Shown in pieces: positions 36,121 to 45,970 of a DNA stretch of 64,000 nt (within the stretch, counting starts at the first letter, position 1; each line of letters opens with the position of its first letter). The stretch is from positions 5,088,001-5,152,000 of the forward strand of contig CBDBGH010000003.1 of NCBI GenBank assembly GCA_965205265.1. The letters run 5' to 3'. A program made the translations under genes and the position numbers. A model generated the notes under the pieces. The model saw only the letters and a list, made by a program, of their open reading frames with translations. It ran no database searches and had not been told where the DNA came from. The DNA comes from Alphaproteobacteria bacterium. Its GTDB lineage: Bacteria > Pseudomonadota > Alphaproteobacteria > Bin95.

Positions 36121-36510
36121 TTAGAAAAACTCCAGCTGGGCGGGCGGATTCGGCGGGGCCTGCCGGGTTTTTCCAACATGGACCTCGATGCGGCCGAACT
36201 GCCTGTCGGTAATGGTCAGGAACCGGACCTCCCCTGCTGCCGGGACGCAACGGCCCATGCGGGCGACATGCACCTTGGCATTCTCGATGGACGCGCAATG
36301 CCGAATATAGACGGAATACTGCATCATCGTGAAACCGTCGGAAAGCAGGTCCTTGCGAAAGCGGGCATAGGCTTTGCGCGCTTTGGGCGTGTCGGTCGGA
36401 AGGTCGAACATCGCAATGACCCACATGGTGCGCCACCCCCACGGAAGGACCTTGACGCCGCCTCCTTCGCCGACATCCGCCGCCGGGGACTCAGCAGGCT
36501 TCAGCTGCAT
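36121..36510 (-). CDS. cas2: Cas2
   Basis: MWVIAMFDLPT...FRKDLLSDGFTMMQYSVY; start uncertain (36426-36510). Confidence 0.95.
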   Translation of the reverse strand: MQLKPAESPAADVGEGGGVKVLPWGWRTMWVIAMFDLPTDTPKARKAYARFRKDLLSDGFTMMQYSVYIRHCASIENAKVHVARMGRCVPAAGEVRFLTITDRQFGRIEVHVGKTRQAPPNPPAQLEFF

Positions 36511-37426
36511 CGACGAGGTCCGGCACGACCGGCAGGCCCTCGGGCAGCGACAATGTCCGGTCGCCGCCGGTCAGGGCCCGGCAGAGCGAGGCCGCGCTCG
36601 TATGCAGGGCGAGCAGCAGCGGTTCCCGGCGTCCGCCGACCAGAATAGTTTCGTTGAGCAGCGAGAGGAGCGCCGCGCGGGTCTCCCGCTGCGAAAGCTC
36701 CGGTGCCGCCCCGCTGCCTTCGCCGGCCAGAAGACGGACCCGCCAATCGACATAGGGCCGGTAGGGCTCCAGAAGGTCGTCGGCGAGGCAGAACGGGTTG
36801 GCCCGGTGCCTGTGGTGGACGCCGAGCGACGGAATGAGGCCGGCGGCAACGATGGCGCGCGCCACCGCCGCCCGCACGACCGCATAGCCGTAGTTCAGCA
36901 GCGCGTTCACGCCCTCGGCGCTCCGGTCGCGGCGAAAATCCCTGCCGAACAGGCGCGGCCAGTAGCGCTGCGCCGCCTGCGCTTCCAGATTGTCCGAGTC
37001 TCCGGACCTTACCCGCCGCGCCATCGGCTCCAGCCCGCCATGCCCGCCCGTGAAGTGAGAAAGCACGGCGGCCTGCTGGCCGATCTTGGCCTGCACAATG
37101 GCTTGCCACGCCCGCTTGCGCACCGGCTCGTTCGCTGCAACTTGGGCGCGGTGCCGCTCCGTCTGCACATGATGGGCGTCCAGCGGCAGCATCATCCCCG
37201 TCGGCAGGTGGTCGCGCCCGGTCACCATCACGGTTGCACCGGCTTCCAGCAGCTCCAGGAACACGGCCTGCGTATAGGTTGCGCGGGCGTCGTCCACGAT
37301 CACCACGCCCAGATCCTCGACCGGCAATGTTGCCTTCGGCATGTCCGGCCGCTCCACCACAAGCTGGCGAAGTTTGACCGAAAGCCGCGTGCCCGGCGTC
37401 GAGAATTCGACCGTCTTGCGGATCAT
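36491..37426 (-). CDS. cas1: Cas1 (type II)
   Basis: NLEAQAAQRYW, NALLNYGYAVVR, LADDLLEPYRP. Confidence 0.97.
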   Translation of the reverse strand: MIRKTVEFSTPGTRLSVKLRQLVVERPDMPKATLPVEDLGVVIVDDARATYTQAVFLELLEAGATVMVTGRDHLPTGMMLPLDAHHVQTERHRAQVAANEPVRKRAWQAIVQAKIGQQAAVLSHFTGGHGGLEPMARRVRSGDSDNLEAQAAQRYWPRLFGRDFRRDRSAEGVNALLNYGYAVVRAAVARAIVAAGLIPSLGVHHRHRANPFCLADDLLEPYRPYVDWRVRLLAGEGSGAAPELSQRETRAALLSLLNETILVGGRREPLLLALHTSAASLCRALTGGDRTLSLPEGLPVVPDLVDAAEAC

Positions 37427-37438
37427 GGGCGAAGGGGG

Positions 37439-37492
37439 TCAGTCATTCGCTGGGCGGATGCGGCCGATGGGGTCCACGGCGAGTTTCTTGGG
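37439..37492 (-). pseudogene. cas9: Detached 3' end of cas9
   Basis: (PKK)LAVDPIGRIRPAND* is in frame once the IS and one TSD copy are removed. Confidence 0.9.
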
Positions 37493-37516
37493 GGGTGCAC
37501 GTCGCATTTGTGAGAT

Positions 37517-38899
37517 TCATGGTATTGCGCCGGCTCGTCGTTCCCAGAAGTCGTCGAAGCGATTGCTCTCGACGGCGCAGCGCAGGGCGATGATGGCGTT
37601 GGCGCCGTTGACGGTCCAGCGCATGCCTCCCTGCTTGAGGCGGGCGCCGACGATGTTCTTGCAGCCGCCCTCGACCACGCCGCTGGCCACGCACAAGCCC
37701 ATCGCGCGGAACTTCGGGTAGTTCATGCGCTCGCGGTTGTTGGTGAAATACTCGGCGTTCTTGCGGGCGTTCTCGCAAGTTTCGGCATGGCCCTTGAGGG
37801 CGGCGATCACCTCGTCGACGCGGCCCTCGTCGAGTTCCTCGCGCCGCTTCCCGGCCCATCGCTCACCGATCTCGCTGCCGGTCCCGTAGATCGCCTTGGC
37901 TGCGTCGAACAGGTGGCCCTTGGCATGGAAGATGTCGACGATCTGGATGGCGTCGGGGAAGTGCTCATCGGCGAAGTTCCAGATCCACGGCGCGCCGTCG
38001 CCGAGGATGACCCGGCGCTCGGCCGTGTCGAAGCCGCGGCGTTCGGCCTCGCGGATGACACGCCGGGCGAAGGGCGCGGGCTCGGGGTCGAACTCGCGGG
38101 TGGCGATGGATTCGATGGCGGCGTTGTAGGTGGCGGAGCCGGGGTCGCGCACCGGACGCCCCTCCCTGTCGACGGTCTCCGCCGACCACACGACGGCGAG
38201 CTTGGCCTCGCGGGTGCTGGCGGAGCCGTCGGGCTGCTTGCCCGCGCGGCCCTCGACCTCGGTCTTGCGCGCCGGCACGCCGGTGCCGTCGAGGCCGAGA
38301 TAGAGGGTGGGGGCGTCGGACGGCTCGGGTTCGATCACGCGGCATTCGTCGCCTGCGATCTCTCGCCCGAGCGCCTCGGCATGGCGTTCGACCGTCTTCG
38401 GCGCGACAGCCAGGCCTGCCAGTTCGCGCAACAGGGCGCTGGAGCCCTCGAAGCTGGTACGGGCAGCAGCAACGCCGATCATGCGCAGCGCCGCCGGTGA
38501 GAGGAAAGTATCTTGCATGCCGAGGGTTCGATCACGCGGGCTGAAGCCGCGGTGGCAACGGTCGCAGTGATACCAGGCGCGCTCCAGCGTCAGAGGGCCG
38601 AGAGCGGTGGTGAAGGTCTTGGGCCGGCGGCCGGCGAAGCGCGCCTCGCCGCCGCACGCACACGACAGCCACGGTCCCCGGTTGTCGGAACGGTCGGCAT
38701 TGAGCCTGTGGGCGACGGCCTGCCCCATGATCTGCAACGCAACCCGCCGCGCTTCGATCTCGATCGCCTGGAAGTCATCGACGACGCCCGCGCCGATCAG
38801 CCACTCGACCTCGGCCTCGACCTCCTCCGCGATCGCTGCGTCGAGACCCCCCTTTTTCCCGGCGCGGCCGGCTTGTCCGCGTCCAGCCTGGCATCGCAT
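37517..38899 (-). CDS. ISKra4-family transposase
   Basis: Differs from copy 1 by only a few residues. Confidence 0.88.
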   Translation of the reverse strand: MRCQAGRGQAGRAGKKGGLDAAIAEEVEAEVEWLIGAGVVDDFQAIEIEARRVALQIMGQAVAHRLNADRSDNRGPWLSCACGGEARFAGRRPKTFTTALGPLTLERAWYHCDRCHRGFSPRDRTLGMQDTFLSPAALRMIGVAAARTSFEGSSALLRELAGLAVAPKTVERHAEALGREIAGDECRVIEPEPSDAPTLYLGLDGTGVPARKTEVEGRAGKQPDGSASTREAKLAVVWSAETVDREGRPVRDPGSATYNAAIESIATREFDPEPAPFARRVIREAERRGFDTAERRVILGDGAPWIWNFADEHFPDAIQIVDIFHAKGHLFDAAKAIYGTGSEIGERWAGKRREELDEGRVDEVIAALKGHAETCENARKNAEYFTNNRERMNYPKFRAMGLCVASGVVEGGCKNIVGARLKQGGMRWTVNGANAIIALRCAVESNRFDDFWERRAGAIP

Positions 38900-39228
38900 A
38901 TCCGGCCGCTGACCTCGACAAGCGCGCGCACCAGACCGCGAAGCCGCTGGTATTCCGCGATCTGCGCCCGCGTTCCCTCAATGGCGTCGGCGGGAACGGT
39001 GCGGCCGCGGGACTTCCCTGTCTCCCTGTCCGGCCAAGTCAACAACCAGTAGGGGCCATGCCCCTGCGCCCCCTCGACCGCGCAATGGCAGTTCGGTTTG
39101 CCGCACTTGCGGTACTGTGCCCTGAGCGAACCCTGACGGAGGTCGCCGATGCCCGCAATCTCCCGCAGCAGCTCGCCACGCTGTTCGACGAGGCCGTCGT
39201 GATCGGTCCTGGCCATGTCCGCCTCCAT
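38797..39228 (-). CDS. IS orfA (DUF6788-like)
   Basis: Same as copy 1 orfA. Confidence 0.8.
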   Translation of the reverse strand: MEADMARTDHDGLVEQRGELLREIAGIGDLRQGSLRAQYRKCGKPNCHCAVEGAQGHGPYWLLTWPDRETGKSRGRTVPADAIEGTRAQIAEYQRLRGLVRALVEVSGRICDARLDADKPAAPGKRGVSTQRSRRRSRPRSSG

Positions 39229-39292
39229 CTGCCCCCCGAATATAAGAAACAGATATCGTGGCGAAACCATGGCATTTCTCAACCTCGCAAAA

Positions 39293-42200
39293 TCAGGACG
39301 TGCACCCTTTCTTGGGAGACCTATTCATGAACCCGCCAAAGCGAGGCTCGAAATTTTCTCGCTTGCCATCCATTTGCAGCCTACTCGCCTCAGTTGCAGT
39401 TGTAGGACGTGCGTCAGTGACTCTTGCAAGCACTGGGCGGCCCGAAGACTTGATGCCATGAACCACCCATATTCCTGACTCTTCTCCTCCCTGTAATTCA
39501 ACGGTGTCCCCCGGTGCGAGCGACATAATAAAGGTCGAATTGTCTCCCCGGTCCCGCTGCACTACCGCTAATCCCTTTGCTAAGCGTTGTAATGCTTCGA
39601 TGAGACTGACCACTTGTCGATCCGGGCGGCCATTGGACTTGCGGTAAATCGCCATATGGTGGTTGTTCGCTCGATCGGCATAGCCTGTGGAGGCCGGTGC
39701 CATAAGGTCAATCTGTTGCTTTTTTCTCACGCGTACTTTCCGGATTTCTGGTCCTTTTCGTCCCCGCTTCGGGTAGCCATTGATAAATGCTCTTTTTGGA
39801 TTGCCACCATGATCTGTTATCCACTTGTGAACAATCTCTTGCACGCCGTTATCCACTATATCGATTACCCTTGACCCGTTGGATTGCTCGTTTTCGGACA
39901 TCGTCAAGTCTTCGACCTTCTTGCGGGTAACGAAATGACGATAGATTGTGCCGTCTTTCCCCGTTTCATCCACTCGCGTATCGCCGTAGATCGTCTCCTT
40001 GTGCAGAGGGCCCGAGATTTTCTTGCGGACACGGTGGGAGACGACGATTTCCGCGACCGCGCGTTCTGCATCGGCGCGGATCGAGGGCCAGGGTTGCGGG
40101 AGCGGTGGTGGGTCCGGGACGTGGCGCTCGTCCTCGGCCTGCCAATAGCGGGAGAGCCGGTTCGTCATGCCGGAATGAGCGCAGGCCACAACCAGCGCAT
40201 CAACCGCATGGTGGCGGTGGTCCGCGCGGGTTTTCTCGCCGTCGTCGGAGAGGATGTTGTTCAACCCCCAGAGCCGGCGGAGATGCCCGGTTACGCGCCC
40301 GGTCACCGCCTGCACGGTCACCGGCGCTTCCGGCCCGACATCCGGCCACAGCCGTTTCAGGAAGGCGACGGTCTCGCGCGCCGCATATCCGGTGTCGTTC
40401 AACTGTCGGTCGGCGAAACCCTCCGGGATTTCCCTGGCCGCAAACCGCCTGATCTTGCGCGGCGACATACCGGTCTTCCCCATGCCATCCAGCCGCTCAA
40501 GAACAGCCGACCAGCGGTCGACATCCTCGTGCAGATATTCGTAGGGCGTCCGGTTCCCCTTCTTCTCGTTCTCATCCACCCGGCAGAGAGTCTTGTTCCC
40601 GTAGCTGTTGTCGAGAGAACGGGACCTCGGCCATATGTGCTCGACATCGAAGCGCCGGGACCGACCGAACAGGTCGTCGAAGCAGATAAGGTCTCCCGTA
40701 TAGGGGCACTGCTTTCCGCACTCCTGCCAAAGAAGCCACTTTTCGATGTCGCGGCGCGAAGGATTGATAAGCCCGTTTTCCTCAAGGTGCGCCTTCGCCT
40801 TCCTGCGTTGCCCGTCCTGCCGGCGGATCGCTGCGCTGTATTCCTCCCGGTCGCGCTTCGACCGGCCGACATCGCGCGTAAGCTCCACCCGGATCAGGTC
40901 CGGCTTGCCGAACATGCCGATCAGATTGTTCACCACCTTGCGCAACTCGTTGCGGGTCCGCGCTACAGTCGGGTTTCGCAGGGCTGCAGTGCGTTTCCCT
41001 TCCTCCGGGTCCGCCGGGCTGGGCAGCCGGTCCAGCACTTCCCCGGTCGGTCCTTCCCGGTTTGGGAACGTCCTGTTCCGCCAAGCCACCCATTCGGGTT
41101 CGAGACTGTTGAGGAGGGCGCCGAAGCGCACCCCCTCTTCCAGACGCGGCAGCACGGCTTGCAGGGCCTCGACCGAGAACGGCTCCCAACCCGTCGGCAG
41201 CTTGAGCGCCGCCAAATTGCGAGCCTGCGCTTCTGTGACGCCGAAATCGCGGATGAACTCTTGCGTCGCAGCCTCGCGGTCGTCCCTGCGCTCCCTGGCA
41301 GGCCGGATTACCACCCGGTCTCCGATTTCGCCGTAATCGGCATTTCTTAATCTGGCAGGGACATTGTCACGGATAGCCTGCCGGTGCGGATGGCTGTTCC
41401 ACTCGTCGCCGAAAATGCCCTTTAGCTTCGCCTCGACCGCGTTGCCGAGCAGGTTCCTGTCGCCGCCGACTTCCAGATTGAAACGCAGGCGTTTTTCCGC
41501 TCCCGGTTCGCCGCGCTTCTTGAAGAGCGGCGCGAGAGCACGGCGCACACCGGGCCATGTCATCGACGCCTGGGTTTGCAAGCGACCGAGAATCGCGGCG
41601 CGTTCGTCGGTGTCGAGAGGACGGCTGTTACCGCCGGCAATTTCGAGATTGTTGACCTTCTCCAGCATGCGCCGCTGCTGTGAAAGCCATGACCCTTTGG
41701 GGCAAAGCGTTGCGCCCGGCATCAGGCGGCATTCGCCGAGTGTGTTCTTGCGCCAGAACACGGGTCGTTGGGCGAACATCGCCTCCTGCACGGCGTTTTT
41801 CAATCCCGCTTCCCGCAGAACAGGCAGATGTTTTTGTTGCCCGGTCCAAATTGCATCGAATTCGTCTTCCACGATTCTCCGGGTTGCATGCTCGCCGCGT
41901 TTACGCTCGTGCTGGCCCCGTTCGGCCAGCCATGCCCCAAGCGTCCGGCCGGTCTGCTTCAACGCCTGTTCGGTTTTTCCCCGGCCCGTTCTCGCCTTCT
42001 TTTCGTCTGCGTCTTCGTCGTCCGGCGCTGCATCGTCGGAAACCTCTTCGATATCCCGCCCCTTGAAGTGCCGACGCTGCGCCAGATGGTAGAGCGCCCG
42101 GCCCAATTCGTGCGCCGCTAAAGCCTCGCCATCCACAGCCCTGCGGCGCAACTCATAAGGGTCGGTGCCGTCCATAAGGCATCGCCACGCATCGGAGCCG

Positions 42201-42463
42201 CGCGCCGGAAGCAGACCGGATTCCAGAAGAATGTCGCCCAGTGCCCGACGTCGTTTGCGCCTGCGGCGGAGCTGTCTGCGGCGCATGCGCGCTGCGCGCC
42301 GTTGCTGGTTAAGCGGTATGTGCTTCGGGTCCCGCGCTTCGGGAAAGATGCGCACGCCCATGCGCCGGATCGTGCCGGTCTCCCGATGAGCGTCGTGGTC
42401 GATGACGGTGAAGCCGATGGAGGTCGTGCCGATGTCGAAGCCGAAAATCAGAGTCATCAGCAT
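39293..42463 (-). CDS. cas9: Type II-C Cas9, C-terminally truncated by the IS
   Basis: RuvC-I FGFDIGTTSIG, Arg-rich bridge helix, HNH DVEHIWPRS..N.KTL, RHHAVDA; last 14 aa replaced by GCTS. Confidence 0.96.
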   Translation of the reverse strand: MLMTLIFGFDIGTTSIGFTVIDHDAHRETGTIRRMGVRIFPEARDPKHIPLNQQRRAARMRRRQLRRRRKRRRALGDILLESGLLPARGSDAWRCLMDGTDPYELRRRAVDGEALAAHELGRALYHLAQRRHFKGRDIEEVSDDAAPDDEDADEKKARTGRGKTEQALKQTGRTLGAWLAERGQHERKRGEHATRRIVEDEFDAIWTGQQKHLPVLREAGLKNAVQEAMFAQRPVFWRKNTLGECRLMPGATLCPKGSWLSQQRRMLEKVNNLEIAGGNSRPLDTDERAAILGRLQTQASMTWPGVRRALAPLFKKRGEPGAEKRLRFNLEVGGDRNLLGNAVEAKLKGIFGDEWNSHPHRQAIRDNVPARLRNADYGEIGDRVVIRPARERRDDREAATQEFIRDFGVTEAQARNLAALKLPTGWEPFSVEALQAVLPRLEEGVRFGALLNSLEPEWVAWRNRTFPNREGPTGEVLDRLPSPADPEEGKRTAALRNPTVARTRNELRKVVNNLIGMFGKPDLIRVELTRDVGRSKRDREEYSAAIRRQDGQRRKAKAHLEENGLINPSRRDIEKWLLWQECGKQCPYTGDLICFDDLFGRSRRFDVEHIWPRSRSLDNSYGNKTLCRVDENEKKGNRTPYEYLHEDVDRWSAVLERLDGMGKTGMSPRKIRRFAAREIPEGFADRQLNDTGYAARETVAFLKRLWPDVGPEAPVTVQAVTGRVTGHLRRLWGLNNILSDDGEKTRADHRHHAVDALVVACAHSGMTNRLSRYWQAEDERHVPDPPPLPQPWPSIRADAERAVAEIVVSHRVRKKISGPLHKETIYGDTRVDETGKDGTIYRHFVTRKKVEDLTMSENEQSNGSRVIDIVDNGVQEIVHKWITDHGGNPKRAFINGYPKRGRKGPEIRKVRVRKKQQIDLMAPASTGYADRANNHHMAIYRKSNGRPDRQVVSLIEALQRLAKGLAVVQRDRGDNSTFIMSLAPGDTVELQGGEESGIWVVHGIKSSGRPVLARVTDARPTTATEASRLQMDGKRENFEPRFGGFMNRSPKKGCTS

Positions 42464-42507
42464 CGTTCCCTATTGATTTATTGACGCCGTGCGTTAATAT
42501 AATGCTC

Positions 42508-42630
42508 GTAGCAAATCGAGAAGGGGCCGGTTTCCTTTTCGCAGCAAATCGACCCTTCGCGCGGGCTCGGCGTCCCAAGGTCATTCCGCCGGCACTATTC
42601 GCCCCCGTCCCCGGACGGGGGCGTTTCGCA
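42508..42630 (+). ncRNA. tracrRNA
   Basis: Anti-repeat GTAGCAAATCGAGAAGGGGCCG; TATAAT at 42498-42503; terminal hairpin CGCCCCCGTCC/GGACGGGGGCG-TTT. Confidence 0.9.
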
Positions 42631-42745
42631 TCGACTTCAGGCATTCCGAGCTACTAAATGTCTGCCGAGAGAACTCAACCTTTTGGAGTTTTCATCTCAT
42701 TCCCCCAGAGTAGCGGCACCACTTCCGCCTCAGGGGAAAGCCGCC

Positions 42746-43243
42746 ATGCTCCGTTTTCCCGACACCTCGCCGTTCGAGAACACGGCCATCCAGCACAACC
42801 TGGCCGTCATGTCGGAGTACATGAAGCAGGCTGGTATGGCGGCGGTGTTCGTGCACCTGGACGGCTACGGCGACAACGGCATGGTCGAGGACATCCGCTA
42901 TGCCCCGGAAAGACGGGATGATCCTCCGGGACCGGTGGAGGGCATGTTCGATGCCGGGGGTATCGGCTGCAAAGGGCCACCGTACAGAAGCTCTCCGCCC
43001 ATGGCGTTCCGCGAGGCGGCGGAGAAAATTGCCCTGGACCTCTTCGACCGGGCGTTCCAGGGCTGGGAGGTGGACAGCGGAAGCCTGGGCCGGATCACCA
43101 TCGATTCCGACGGCCGGGCCACGGCCTACTGGCTCGACAGGCTGGACGAAGTCGCGTTCGAGGGCGTCGAAGCCGAGGCGGATTTCCGTCCATTCCTGGA
43201 AATGACGGCCCTTCCGGGCACTGACAGCGAGCCGGGGCTGTAG
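42746..43243 (+). CDS. DUF6878-like protein
   Basis: V..DGYGDNGMVE...GWEVDSGSLG.ITID. Confidence 0.75.
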   Translation: MLRFPDTSPFENTAIQHNLAVMSEYMKQAGMAAVFVHLDGYGDNGMVEDIRYAPERRDDPPGPVEGMFDAGGIGCKGPPYRSSPPMAFREAAEKIALDLFDRAFQGWEVDSGSLGRITIDSDGRATAYWLDRLDEVAFEGVEAEADFRPFLEMTALPGTDSEPGL

Positions 43244-43281
43244 CCGCCATCATCCAGTGTGCGCCTGCCACGCGTTTACGG

Positions 43282-43986
43282 TTACGGTTGCGGGAGGTCG
43301 TTGGCTTCGATGGCGGCCTTCGCTTCGGCGATCATGGCGTTGAGTTCGCCGCGCCTGCCCCGGGCAGCCAGCTGGACGGCTTCGCGAATGAAGTCCGGCG
43401 TGCAGAGCGGCAGGACAGCCGAGACCTCCAGCGGCGCCGGGCTCCCGGTTGCCTGGAGGTCGAGGATCCGGACCTGCAGGCTTCCACCATCATCGAGGTC
43501 GAGCCTCCACATTTCGGCTGCGCCGATGCTTCGATAGATGGCGGGCTTGCCGGGATTGGCATTGCTGCGCTCGACCTCGACCACGAGGTCCGGCGGGGTC
43601 ACTGCCTCGAAGGCATCTCGTGCTTGCGGACCACGGTCCCAGGCCCGGTCCCAAGCATCGGCATTCTCGCCGAGCCAAAAACACGCGTCGGGTTCGCTGC
43701 CGGTATTGTCGGGGTCGTCCGGGCGTAGCTTCCAGCGGGTTGAGCCGAGCAGGGCGGCACCCAGGCCCACCGCCTCGCTCAGGCGGTCGACCAGCAGTTT
43801 GGCGCCGTCGGCATGGTTTTCGTGGTCGCGCGAGGGGGTCATGAGTTCGACGAGCCCGGTGACGGGGTCGATGAGAACCCGCCTCGCTACGGCGCTCCAG
43901 TCGGCTTTCGCCAGATCCGGAATCTCGTGCGGCGCGAAGCGCAGTGTCGTGAAGGTGGACCCCATGCTTCCGGTGGTGACGTCCAT
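43282..43986 (-). CDS. Uma2 (DUF820) family putative endonuclease
   Basis: MTPSRDHE, EPDACFW, PPDLVVEV, K..IY..IG..E.W. Confidence 0.88.
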   Translation of the reverse strand: MDVTTGSMGSTFTTLRFAPHEIPDLAKADWSAVARRVLIDPVTGLVELMTPSRDHENHADGAKLLVDRLSEAVGLGAALLGSTRWKLRPDDPDNTGSEPDACFWLGENADAWDRAWDRGPQARDAFEAVTPPDLVVEVERSNANPGKPAIYRSIGAAEMWRLDLDDGGSLQVRILDLQATGSPAPLEVSAVLPLCTPDFIREAVQLAARGRRGELNAMIAEAKAAIEANDLPQP

Positions 43987-44095
43987 AGCATGTCTCCTGC
44001 CTGGCCCCCGTGCACAGGCGGGGCGAGTGCGAAAGCCATTGTAGCATGGCCGACCCGCGGCCATCGCCGGCGACTGCACCTGGCAGCGCGGTGCG

Positions 44096-44524
44096 TCAGG
44101 CCCGCTCCTGCATTGACCGCTGGATTGCGGACAATTCCACCCGCGCCTGTGCCCTGGCGGCCCGATGCGCCAGACGCAGCATCGGCTGGGAACGCCGCCG
44201 CCACACCACCGTGATGGCCCGGGCGGCGGCCCTGTCCTCGATCTCGCCGGCCACACCGTCGATCCAGCGGCGCCGCCCCGGGGCGCGCAGGGCGTCCCGG
44301 ACCGCCTTTGAGTCCGTCAACAGGGTCATCCCCTCAGGGACATGGGCAAGGGAATCGCGAACGCCCTCCGCCTCGGCGCGGGCGGAATCGACCGCCGGCC
44401 GGCGGATGATCGCAACCCGGCCCCTGGCCGCCGGCGCGCCGTCCGGCCCGACAAGGGCCCAGACGGCCCAGGGACTGTCCGGGAGCACGCAGCTGTCGAC
44501 CGCCCAGACCTGCCGGCCCGTCAT
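44096..44524 (-). CDS. RNase H-fold-like protein
   Basis: WAVD, DSARAEAEG, LLTDSKAV, VVWRRR, AHRAAR; ATGA-coupled to the ligase. Confidence 0.65.
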   Translation of the reverse strand: MTGRQVWAVDSCVLPDSPWAVWALVGPDGAPAARGRVAIIRRPAVDSARAEAEGVRDSLAHVPEGMTLLTDSKAVRDALRAPGRRRWIDGVAGEIEDRAAARAITVVWRRRSQPMLRLAHRAARAQARVELSAIQRSMQERA

Positions 44525-45789
44525 CCGATCTCCAGCGCAAACAGGGGATTCTTCCACTCCGGCAGCCCGAGCGCCGGTCGCACTTCCCCGGCGACGGTTT
44601 TCTCCCTGGTGCATCTCTTCGCAACCATTCGGGCCAGGGCTTCCTCGGTCGCGTGCAGGACCTCGAGGCTGCGTTCCAGGCCGTCCCTGGCCTGGAACCC
44701 GACCGCCCGCCGGAGCGGTTCGGGTTCGGCCTCCATCCAGCGCTGTGCGAACGCCTTGCGCGTGTCGGTCTCGCGGCTCAGGCATTCAACCTTCCGGGCA
44801 ATCTCGCTTGCCCGTGCGCGCATGGCCGAGCGCACGCCGTCGGCATATTGGCGGACAGTCCCGCCGGCCTCCGGCGGAATGACCTGGAACAGGATGTCCT
44901 CATTGTTGTCGAGGACGAGGCCCAGCACGATACGCTCGCTTTCGATATGGCTGCGCACATGGTGCAGGGCCGCATATTCGGCGGTCTTGACCTTGACCCG
45001 GTGTCCGCTTTCGAACGCGATCACGACGCCCTCTTCGCCTTTTCGCTCCCAGACGCTCTCGACGAAGCGTTCCGGGGCCGCCGGGTCGACGGTCCGGCGG
45101 TCCCCGAGAAGCCCGCCGGCCGTTCCGAGGTCCGACGCCGTGCCGGCGCCGATCCCGGCCGCGCCGCAGGCTTTCTCAACCTCCGCGCTCGTGAGGTAGC
45201 GCCCGCTTTCCCGTTCCCGGACCGCGAGCAGGCTGAGCCGCGGACGGTCGTAGCCCAGCACGATCCGGTTCGCGGGCGAGGTGTGCTCGAAACAGGGCGT
45301 GCAGGGCACGCCGTCGATCAGGGTGAGCGCCTCCGCCCGGCGCCAGACATGCGCCGGCAACATGGCCTGAAGGGCCTTCGCCATGCCGGTGCGGCCGGCC
45401 CGGGTGCACCACAGGATCTCGCCATCCGCGAGGACGGCCGGGAACATGAGCGTCCCGTCAAGCTTCTCGCAGACGGTATGGGGGGCGGCCCAGTCGAGCC
45501 CCATGTCCTCCTCGGGCCTTTCGCCCCAGTTGAAGAACTTGTGCAGCGGGCGGGCCGCAAGGGCCCCGGTCCCGGTGTCGTAGGCGATGCCCCGGCATTC
45601 GCGGGCGACGGCCCGGTCGAAGCTCGTGGAGAGCAGGAACGTGTAGTTGGCGGAGAGCAGACGGCCGCCGGCAGTCGGATACCAGTGGAACTCCTCGCGC
45701 TCGCTGACGAGAGCGTCGACGTCCTTCCGGTTTACCGGCATTTCGGCCTGCCAGTCCTCGGAATGGCGCAGGTCATCCATGGATGGCAT
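44521..45789 (-). CDS. T4 Rnl1-like RNA ligase
   Basis: RECRGI, RPLHKFFNWGE, motif I EKLDGT, FE.TSP.NRIV..Y, EGVVI, KVKTAEY. Confidence 0.92.
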   Translation of the reverse strand: MPSMDDLRHSEDWQAEMPVNRKDVDALVSEREEFHWYPTAGGRLLSANYTFLLSTSFDRAVARECRGIAYDTGTGALAARPLHKFFNWGERPEEDMGLDWAAPHTVCEKLDGTLMFPAVLADGEILWCTRAGRTGMAKALQAMLPAHVWRRAEALTLIDGVPCTPCFEHTSPANRIVLGYDRPRLSLLAVRERESGRYLTSAEVEKACGAAGIGAGTASDLGTAGGLLGDRRTVDPAAPERFVESVWERKGEEGVVIAFESGHRVKVKTAEYAALHHVRSHIESERIVLGLVLDNNEDILFQVIPPEAGGTVRQYADGVRSAMRARASEIARKVECLSRETDTRKAFAQRWMEAEPEPLRRAVGFQARDGLERSLEVLHATEEALARMVAKRCTREKTVAGEVRPALGLPEWKNPLFALEIG

Positions 45790-45970
45790 TGTCTCCAGTG
45801 AGTGCGGGTGAATGTGGCAGGGAGGGAATTATCCTTCGGCACGGCTTTCTCAAGCCGGGACCGGGAATGCGGGATGCGAATTCGTTCACGCCGCGCCCGC
45901 AGGCGCGCCGACTTGAGAACGCCGGAGCGAACCCTATGATTAACCCCGAGGCTCATTGGGAGAAAGGGTC

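Larger units (their letters stand above)
37493..39307 (-). mobile_element. ISKra4-family-like IS, copy 2, inserted in cas9
   Basis: Near-identical to 31277-33091; 9-bp TSD TTTCTTGGG. Confidence 0.92.

Noticed and set aside
35067-36179. ORFs with repeated NVANREGAAIRS or CSKSRRSRNPQ peptides
   Set aside because: Translations of the 66-bp-period CRISPR array
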